This document shows, one piece after another, positions 54,532 to 61,974 of a DNA stretch of 64,000 nt (the first letter of the stretch is position 1; each line of letters opens with the position of its first letter). The notes beneath the pieces are model-generated. The model had not been told where the DNA came from. It made no database searches and saw only the letters and a program-made list of their open reading frames with translations. The translations under genes were made by a program, and so were the position numbers. Origin of the DNA: an uncultured Gemmatimonadaceae bacterium (lineage in GTDB: Bacteria; Gemmatimonadota; Gemmatimonadetes; Gemmatimonadales; Gemmatimonadaceae); the NCBI GenBank assembly GCA_963829055.1, contig CAWHHI010000003.1, positions 128,001-192,000 on the forward strand. Reading direction: 5' to 3'.

Positions 54532-56396
54532 GACCACATCCTCCACCAGAGTAGACGGACCCATCGCGCAGGCCCGCGGACGGCGCGGCCGAGCACCGAT
54601 GATGGCGCGGTGAGCACGCGTGCGTACGCGACCATGCCGGGGCGCAGCGCCCCGTCGGCGTTAGGCACGAGCGCACGGACGGGGAAGACGACGGCGCCAA
54701 CCGTGTCCATCGCCATGTCGGCGATGCCGGAGACGCGCCCGACGAACGTCCGCTGAGGGAACGCATCGACGCGCAGGCGCACCTCCTGTCCGGTCTGCAC
54801 GCGGCCGACGTCGCGCTGGTCGACGCCGAATTCGAGCTCGAGGGTGTCGGTGCGCCCGAGGACCAGCACCGTGCTCCCCGCGTCCACCCGCGAGCCGACG
54901 CGCTCCTCGGGCCGAGCGGTCAGCACGATGCCGGAGACCGGCGCGCGCACGGTCGCCGAGCGGAGACGCTCGTCGCGGATGGCGGCGTCGCGTCGCAGGA
55001 CGTCGGCGCGCAGACGCTGGAGGCGTTCCTCAGCCGCGTCGCCGCGGCTCGCCGCGCTCGCCGCCGATCGCTCGGCCGCAACGACGGAGGCGGTGGCCGC
55101 ATCGAGCTCGGCGCGCAGCTCGGCGTCGCGAAGCTGGATGATCGGCGAGCCGCGGTTGACCGCGGTACCTTCGCGAACGAGCACGCGCTCGATGATGCCG
55201 TCCGTGAGCGGGCGAATCTCGGCGCGCGAGGTCGGCCGGAATTGCGGGGTCGTTCCATCGACGCGCAGCGGCCAGCGAATGAGCGTGAGCACGCTCACGG
55301 CCACCAGTGCGGCGAGCGCCATCGCGAGTCGGCGCTGCCGCGGAAGTGCAAGGAACGCTTCCTTTCGGGCATGCAGCGCGCCTAACGCGTCCGCCAGCGG
55401 CACCTGGTTGTACAGCTGTGCGTTGCGGAGTGCGACCGTGGCCTGGAGGGCGAGGATGGTCGCGAGCTCCTGCTGGCGCGGGGTCGCGAAATCCGTGCGC
55501 GCCGACTCCAGCACGAGGATGCCGACGACGCCCTCGTCGTCCTTGAGCGGGATGTACAATCCGCTCGCCACGCCGTCCTCCGCGAGATCGTCGCTGAAGA
55601 TCTGCAGGAAGAGGCGTTCGGCATCCGACGCGGGCTCGGTGCGATCCGACAGGTAGAAGCTCGTGCCGATGCCCGCGGCCCATGCAGCACGGACGGCGAG
55701 GTCCTTGAGCTCTGGGTCGTCCCGATCGACCGTCTCGACGCCGGCGACTGCGCGGATGTCGCACGCGCCGCGCTCGTACAGGGCAATCGCGCCGCGATCG
55801 AACGGCAGCGCGCGCATGGCGAGGTTGACCACGGAGCTCATGACGCGATCGAGGTCCAGCGTGGCCGCGATCTCGCGGCTCATTTCCATCACGAGCGCGA
55901 GGTCGCGGGCGCGATCGTTCGCGGCGATGGTTCGCGTGTTCCTGAGCGCGATGCCGGTCGCCGCGGCGATATGTCCGAGGGCGTCGGCCTCCGCGGTCGT
56001 GAATGGACCGCCGGCGGCGGCGTCGCGCGTGACGCGAAGGATGCCGTCGATCGTCGGCCCGGTTCCGAACGTTGCGCTCAGGGCGACGGTGGGCCCCTCG
56101 TCTTCAAAGGAAGCTCCGAGCTCCGCGTGCGTGGCGCGCCGTCCGAGCAGTGCGCCGGCGTGATGGCCGATCGCGACCGGGCAGGCGAGCGTGCCTTCGT
56201 GTGTCAGCCAGATCGAGGCGCCGTCGGCCGAGAGGAGCGCGAGAGCGGATCTCAGCGCTCGGGGCTCGATCTGATCCTTGTCGATCGTACCGGCGATTTC
56301 CAGCACAGCGCCGAACACCGCGTCGAACGACGGCCCCGACGTCAGGGAGACGCCAGTAGCCGGCGTCGACAGCGTAGCCGGATCTGTGGGTGCCAT
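54528..56396 (-). CDS. Tandem-GAF + TM + HlyD-family adaptor
   Basis: GAF signatures (FT..EA..L..IA..TGIAL.N; LYIPL.D..GVVGIL.L...F....ELA.ILA.QA.VAL.NA.LY), then TM, VLVREG..V..G, VRAPVSG.V, LRPGM. Confidence 0.85.
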   Translation of the reverse strand: MAPTDPATLSTPATGVSLTSGPSFDAVFGAVLEIAGTIDKDQIEPRALRSALALLSADGASIWLTHEGTLACPVAIGHHAGALLGRRATHAELGASFEDEGPTVALSATFGTGPTIDGILRVTRDAAAGGPFTTAEADALGHIAAATGIALRNTRTIAANDRARDLALVMEMSREIAATLDLDRVMSSVVNLAMRALPFDRGAIALYERGACDIRAVAGVETVDRDDPELKDLAVRAAWAAGIGTSFYLSDRTEPASDAERLFLQIFSDDLAEDGVASGLYIPLKDDEGVVGILVLESARTDFATPRQQELATILALQATVALRNAQLYNQVPLADALGALHARKEAFLALPRQRRLAMALAALVAVSVLTLIRWPLRVDGTTPQFRPTSRAEIRPLTDGIIERVLVREGTAVNRGSPIIQLRDAELRAELDAATASVVAAERSAASAASRGDAAEERLQRLRADVLRRDAAIRDERLRSATVRAPVSGIVLTARPEERVGSRVDAGSTVLVLGRTDTLELEFGVDQRDVGRVQTGQEVRLRVDAFPQRTFVGRVSGIADMAMDTVGAVVFPVRALVPNADGALRPGMVAYARVLTAPSSVLGRAVRGPARWVRLLWWRMWS

Positions 56397-56483
56397 GAAG
56401 CCCGAGAGGTGGGAACCGGGCTAACCTGTGGCGGCGCGTGACGAGCCGCAATGCCGTGATGATCGGCGCAGGTATATAGATGC

Positions 56484-56512
56484 GAAAACGGGCGGGGAAT
56501 CCCCCGCCCGTT
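56484..56512 (-). terminator. Intrinsic terminator/attenuator between the peptide genes and the export genes
   Basis: Minus strand reads AACGGGCGGGGGATTCCCCGCCCG-TTTTC. Confidence 0.7.
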
Positions 56513-56559
56513 CCGTCATTTCGTCTGCTACCCGCCTCGAGCGGTCCCCACTGTCACGG

Positions 56560-56760
56560 TCAGAAGGTTCGGCTGCGAGTCGAGGGTGGCGTCATAAGAC
56601 GCCCGTCGGGCTTACTGGTACAGCTCTTTGGTGCGATACGCTCTTCGAGCTCGCTGACCGTCAGCTCGACGGCATCGGCGTCCTTCCCGATCTCTTTCTT
56701 GACCAGGTCCTTCTGCTCGGGGGTCAGGTCGATCCGGACGATCTCTTGTTCCTTCTTCAT
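56560..56760 (-). CDS. Putative precursor peptide 2 (LEERIAP leader)
   Basis: MKKEQEIVRIDLTPEQKDLVKKEIGKDADAVELTVSELEERIAP-KSCTS...; GAGG RBS; the tail may be shortened by a 1-nt indel. Confidence 0.8.
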   Translation of the reverse strand: MKKEQEIVRIDLTPEQKDLVKKEIGKDADAVELTVSELEERIAPKSCTSKPDGRLMTPPSTRSRTF

Positions 56761-56832
56761 GGTCGGAGCCTCAATGTGAAGGGACGAACTGTGTGACGGC
56801 CTGCGAGTGACACTCGTGGTGCCAGACGCTGG

Positions 56833-56979
56833 TTACAGGATCGCCTTGGGTGCGATCCGCTCCTCGAGCTGATCCACCGTCAATTCGACGGCGTCCACTT
56901 CCTTCCCGATCTCTTTCTTGACGAGGTCTTTCTGCTCGGGCGTCAGGTCGATCCGGACGATCTCTTGCTCTTTCTTCAT
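56833..56979 (-). CDS. Putative precursor peptide 1 (48 aa, not in ORF track)
   Basis: Manual translation: MKKEQEIVRIDLTPEQKDLVKKEIGKEVDAVELTVDQLEERIAP-KAIL*; differs from peptide 2 at 4 of the first 45 residues, with further synonymous changes. Confidence 0.85.
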   Translation of the reverse strand: MKKEQEIVRIDLTPEQKDLVKKEIGKEVDAVELTVDQLEERIAPKAIL

Positions 56980-57050
56980 GGCCGGGAGTCTCGTGGCTGG
57001 AGTGGCGTGACGAACCGTCGTAAATCCTGGGCGGGACGATACGAACCCTC

Positions 57051-57088
57051 CGTGAACCGATCGTGAATCTCCTGTCGCCGATCGTGAA
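57051..57088. promoter_or_regulatory. Phased direct repeats, candidate SARP-type activator site
   Basis: CGTGAA at 57051, 57062 and 57083 (11- and 21-bp spacing); CCGATCGTGAA exact at 57057 and 57078. Confidence 0.6.
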
Positions 57089-57129
57089 AAGGCGCTACGT
57101 TGGCCGCCCGTCCTTCCGCGAGATCGACG

Positions 57130-59377
57130 ATGCCGTCGTTGTCACTGGCTCTGTGTGGTGGGGTAGCGCTCTCTGGTGATGGGGTCTCCTCCTCGGGCCT
57201 GGGAGCGAAGGCCGTCGCGCTGCTCGCCTACCTCGCGGTCGAGCAGGGCACCCATTCGCGGGACGAGCTCACCGCGCTGTTGTGGGGCGAGTACGCGGAG
57301 GAGAAGGCGAAGGCATCGCTCAGGCAGGCACTCACGCATCTCCGTGAGGCAGCGCCCGGCCTGCTCCGAGTCGATCGCACGTCGGTCGCCCTCGCAACCA
57401 CCGTCGACTGCGACGTCACCACGTTTCTTCGGCTGACGAAGAGATTCGCCTCGCCTGGCGGCGGACTGCGACGTGACCGGGTTCCTCGACGACCTGCACA
57501 TCCGTCGATCGCCCGCGTTCGCCGAATGGGCGGACGGAATTCGCGCCAAACTCGTGCGCCGCCAGTGTGAGGTGCTCGCCCAGGCCACGGCGGAAGCGAT
57601 GGCCACACGGCAGTGGCGCGAGGCAGTGCGTTACGCCGAACGCTGGGTGAAAGCGGCGCCGCTCGACTCGGCGCCGAATGCCGCATTGATGGAAGCGCAC
57701 TTCATGGGTGGCGATCGCGCGCTCGCGCTCGATGCGTTCGCGCAGTATCGGAGCCGACTCGCTGAGGAGACGGGGCAAGCCCCGGAACGTGCGCTGACCG
57801 AGTTGGCGGAGCGGATTCGCAACGCTGGGGTGGCTGCGGCGCGACGGCATGCGACGGAAGAGTGGTACGCCGCCGCGCCGTCGTTCCAGGGGAGCCTCAT
57901 CGGCCGAGGTGGCGAGTGGGATGCGCTTACCAGTGCCTGGCGAAAGGCCGCCGACGGGAGCGCACAGATTGCGCTCATCGAAGGGGACGCCGGCGTCGGG
58001 AAGAGTCGGCTCGCGGAGGACTTCGCGCGATGGGTCAGCGCTTCCGGCGGGACCGTCCTTCGCGGACGCGGCTACGATGCGCGCGGTGGCGTGCCGCTCG
58101 GTGCCATCATCGAGGCGCTGCGGTCGGGCATCGACGCGCCGGGCCTGGCCGGAACCGATCCCCAATGGCTCCTGGAGGTCGCGCGCGTGGTACCGGAGAT
58201 CCGTGAGCGATTCCGCTCGCTTGGCTCGGTGGCATCGCCGACCACCGCGGACGCGTGGCGGCTGTTCGAGGGCATTGCCCAGTTGGTCTCGGCGCTGGCG
58301 GACGAGTCTCCGGTCGTCGTGTTCATCGACGACCTGCACTGGTGCGACGCGGACAGCTGCACGCTGCTGCACTCGCTCATCCGGCGACTCGACGGCGCAT
58401 CCGTGCTCTGGTGCCTGACGTTCTCGCCCGGCTCCGTCGAACGCGATGCGCCCGCGGCGCGGCTCGTTCGCGCGCTTCGCGCCTTCCGTCAGACCCGCGC
58501 GCTCGCGCTCCGTCCGCTCGACGAAGACGAGGTCTGGCAGCTACTGCGCGCGTTAGGCCGAGTCACGGCGCCTAACGGCGCTCGGAGACTCGCGGCGCGG
58601 ATCCACGAGGTGACCACCGGTTTCCCGTTCTACGTGATCGAGCTGCTCAAGACGCTCTTCGCGCAGGGTTGGCTGACCGTCGACGCCGACACGGGCGAGT
58701 GGATCGTGAGCGCGCAGGACGGCGATGGCCCCACCGGCCTCACGCTGGCCCCCAGCGTGCACGAGGCGATCGCGGAACGTATCGAGTGCCTGCCTAACGA
58801 TCTCGGTGAAGTGCTGATCTCCATCGCCGTCTCGGCGCGTGGATGTCGGGCGGACGTCCTGTCACACATCCACGGCATCTCGCGACTGCGCGCGGCGGCG
58901 ATCGGCGACGCGCTGGTGGAGCGTCATCTGACGGTCGAGGACGACGGCGTGTACCGCTGTGCGCACCCGGTCATCGCGCGCGTCGTGAGCGACGCACTCG
59001 GCACGGCGCGGCGCCGCGAACTGCACCGCGGCCTGGCGCTCGCGCTCGAGATCACGATTCCGCCGAATGGCGAGTCGCCTGACCCGGGCGAGATCGCGCG
59101 TCACGCCGAGCAGGGAGGAGAGCGGGCGATGGCGTATCGGTACGCCATGGAGGCGGCGACGTCATGCGAGTCGCGGTTCGCCTACGAGGAAGCGATGACG
59201 TGGCTCGATCTCGCGGCGAGCGTCGCGAGTCAGCCGGCCGACACGGACGCCGTCAATCGCACGACGGCTCGGCTGCTCGAGGCCGCGGGCTGGCAGGAGA
59301 TGCCGCGAGTCGACCGGGACGCGATGCGTGCGGGGCGCTTCGTGGTGACGGACCTGGACCTGCCGGCGCGCGTCTGA
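57130..59377 (+). CDS. SARP-like transcriptional activator: wHTH + BTAD + AAA ATPase (frameshift near 57450)
   Basis: KAVALLAYLA...SRDEL.ALLW...EEKAKASLRQAL..LR; FAEW; L.EETG..P; Walker A GDAGVGKS; VVFIDDLHW.D; G.PFYV.ELL. Confidence 0.85.
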
Positions 59378-59384
59378 GTGATGA

Positions 59385-59504
59385 CGTCATTCCGAGCGGA
59401 GGGCCGAAGGCCCGCAGTCGAGGAATCGAGATTCTGTTCGGTAGAGGGCTCTCTACCCCGATAGGCTCGATTCCTCGACTCGCTGTCGCTCGCTCGGAAT
59501 GACG
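59385..59504. repeat. REP-like palindromic element CGTCATTCCGAGCG...GTCGAGGAATCGAG / CTCGATTCCTCGAC...CGCTCGGAATGACG
   Basis: Nested inverted arms between convergent genes; same family as 19797-19935. Confidence 0.78.
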
Positions 59505-59510
59505 GCCGCG

Positions 59511-59916
59511 CTACGCCGCGGTCACCTGACGTACCTGCAGCTGCGCGGCACCGACCGGCGCGCCGTCGACGTGCATGAGGAACGTGTATCGACCCACGGT
59601 GGCCAGTTCGAGGAGATCGAACTGCAGTGGAAGGTCGACCGCGATGGAGTCCACTCCTGCTGGTGATGGCGGGAGTGAGATGTCGCCGCCCGGCTTGCCG
59701 ATCTCCTGCTCCGGCCGGGCCTGTGATAGCGACTTCGACGCGGTGAGCCTTGCCGGTCTCGTCCGCAGTGAAGTGCAGCCGCGCGGCGAAGGCGATGCGC
59801 GGGATCGTCACGGGGACGGCCGTGGTCTGTAATTCGTTGATGATCCCAATGAGCGACGGCTTCCCGTCGTTGGCGATGATGACCTGATCGCAGAGAACAA
59901 CGTACTGGAGATGCAT
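59511..59916 (-). CDS. DUF6941-like small beta-sandwich protein (frameshift near 59710)
   Basis: YVVLCDQV....DGKPSLIGI.NEL; C-terminus FDLLELATVGRYTFLMHVDG..V..AQLQVRQVTAA* in the second frame. Confidence 0.65.
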
Positions 59917-60021
59917 GAGCTGGGACGGGGGTCGAGAGGAGAACGCCGGATGCGCTCAGAGTAGCGCTCAGGGTAGCATGGTGCGGGCGCGCCGCGCTAC
60001 CCCGAGGCCCAATCTGGGCGC

Positions 60022-60321
60022 CTAACGCCAACCTGCCAGCACCGCAGACAGCGCGGCGTGCGCGGCGACCTCGGCGTCGTGCAATGCGAGCACCCGCCGC
60101 TGCAGGTCGGCGCGGAGATCCGCCACCGCGGAATCTGAAAGAGGGAACCGCTCCTGCGCCGACCTGGCCAGCTCATCGAGACGCCGCCACGACTGGCGCA
60201 CCGCGGCCGTGCGTGTTTTCGCGTCACCCACGGGTGCGTCGCCCAGGATGTGGTGACGAGCAGTGGCGTAGCGCTCGCCGGTTTTCGCCATGAGAGACGT
60301 CAGCCTCGGTTTGTTCGACAA
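60022..60321 (-). CDS. Small hypothetical protein
   Basis: MAKTGERYATARHHI resembles a recurrent small N-terminal helical motif (R.RM.KTGE.Y..AR); start uncertain. Confidence 0.45.
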   Translation of the reverse strand: MSNKPRLTSLMAKTGERYATARHHILGDAPVGDAKTRTAAVRQSWRRLDELARSAQERFPLSDSAVADLRADLQRRVLALHDAEVAAHAALSAVLAGWR

Positions 60322-60324
60322 CCG

Positions 60325-60503
60325 CTAGCTGGTTGCTGGGTGGTCGTGCTGGTGGCTGGGTGACGCTGGGTGACCTGCGAGAAAAGCGCGCAGGGATCAG
60401 AGTGAAAACGGGGTCAGAGTCGAATCGACTCTGACCCCGTTCGCCGTCCGGGCTAGCACCCAGCGTCACCCAGCAACCAGCATACAGCACCCAGCTACCA
60501 GCT
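60325..60503. repeat. Inverted CACCCAG-type tandem arrays around a perfect 17-bp-arm palindrome (AACGGGGTCAGAGTCGA-A-TCGACTCTGACCCCGTT, 60407-60441)
   Basis: Read directly. Confidence 0.78.
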
Positions 60504-60511
60504 CCTCGTCG

Positions 60512-61903
60512 TTAGGTGCCTGATACCTGTGTGCACGCGTTCGCCGGTTGCGGATTGCGCGCGATGCACTCGTCCGCCGGATACGGGACGTACGGGAAGA
60601 TCTTGTGCGTCGGCAGCGCCTTGTCGAGCGTCGCCAATCGGTTGAAGCGTCGTGTGTCCCACCAGCGGTGGCCGTACTCGAAGAACAGCGAGTAGCGACG
60701 GTTGTACAGCAGCTCGGTGATGAACTGATCATCCGTGCTCGCGGCCGTGATCGCCGCGTTGCCGAGTCCACCGGAGTTGACGCGAACGAAGTTGATGTCG
60801 TCGATCGCGCCCTGCTTGTTGCCCGTGAACCAGCGCGCCTCGGCGCGAATGAGGATCAGCTCCTCGTTCCGGATGATGGCCATGGGCGACGTAGCGCTCG
60901 TGTACAACGTGTTCTTGAGGTTCGAGCTCACGCCTTGCTGCGCCAGGGTGTTGCCCACCGCCGCCTTCGATGATGCGCGAAGGTCGGGTGAGTTGTCGGC
61001 GCGCTTCTGGGCCTCGTTGAGGAACGACGGCACGACGACAATGGCGCGCGGCGTCGCGTCGAACTGGGCGTTCGTCTGATCGCCTGACGCAGTGCTGAAG
61101 ACGTTGTAGACGCCGACGTCCAGAATCGCGCGCGTCGTCGTCGAGGTGTTGATGAACGACTCGGCGAGTGAGGCGTTCACGCCCGCGTAATTCTTCGTGT
61201 ACGTCTCGACCCGCGCCTTGAGCGCGCGATTGAAGCGCAGGAACGTCGCGGGGGTATTGAAGCCAGTGAAGCCCGCGTGCAGCTGGAACGGGAAGGTGGT
61301 GCCGCCGGCATTCGAGGTGAACCTTCGCCTCATCGAGCAGTCGCACGATGTTCGCGTACACCTCGGCCTTGGGTACCACTGGCGCGGGCTCACCGCCGCC
61401 CGTCGTCGCACTGACTTCGATCGGAAGGCCGAGGTCCTCGTGCACGAGCGCCTGACCGAGGAAGAGATACGCCTGCATCGTCTTCACGTAGCCACGGAGC
61501 GCTTCCTTCTGTGTGGCTGTCAGGCTCTCGAGCTTGTCGGCCGCGGTGAGGATTCCCTCGCCCGCGCGGATGCCGCGGAACGCCGCGCCGAAGCCGAACT
61601 CAATGCCGAATCCGCCCGGCTCGAGTGGGCCGACGAGATAGCCGTTGACCGTGCGTGGCTCGGACGGGTCGAGGTTGTATACCTCACGGCCGAAGATGCC
61701 CGCCGTCTGCGCGTACGTGCCGGCAAGGCCGCGGACGGTGATGAGCATCCCCTGCGCGGCCGTCGCGACAGTCGCGGGAGTGGGGTTATTCGTGAGCTGA
61801 TCGATGCTCGGGTTGTTGGTGTTGACGATCTCGTTCGCTTCGCAGGACGCCGTGATCGCGAGCAGGATGGTGCGGGAAGTGCGAGGCGGAGGGTGGTGCG
61901 CAT
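60512..61903 (-). CDS. SusD/RagB-type lipoprotein (frameshifts)
   Basis: Lipobox-like ITASC; GRE.YNLD.SEPR; IIRNEELILIRAEA; ELLYNRRYSLFFE.GHRW.D.RRF.RL. Confidence 0.85.
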
Positions 61904-61974
61904 TTTCCCCTCCTTCCGCCTTCCTCCTTCCTCCTTCCTCGACCTAACGCGCATATCGAATATGGATGTCATGA

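Noticed and set aside
56560..56979. Direct repeat of ~135 bp read as a CRISPR or non-coding repeat
   Set aside because: Only two units, both open reading frames with synonymous divergence; no spacers or cas genes.
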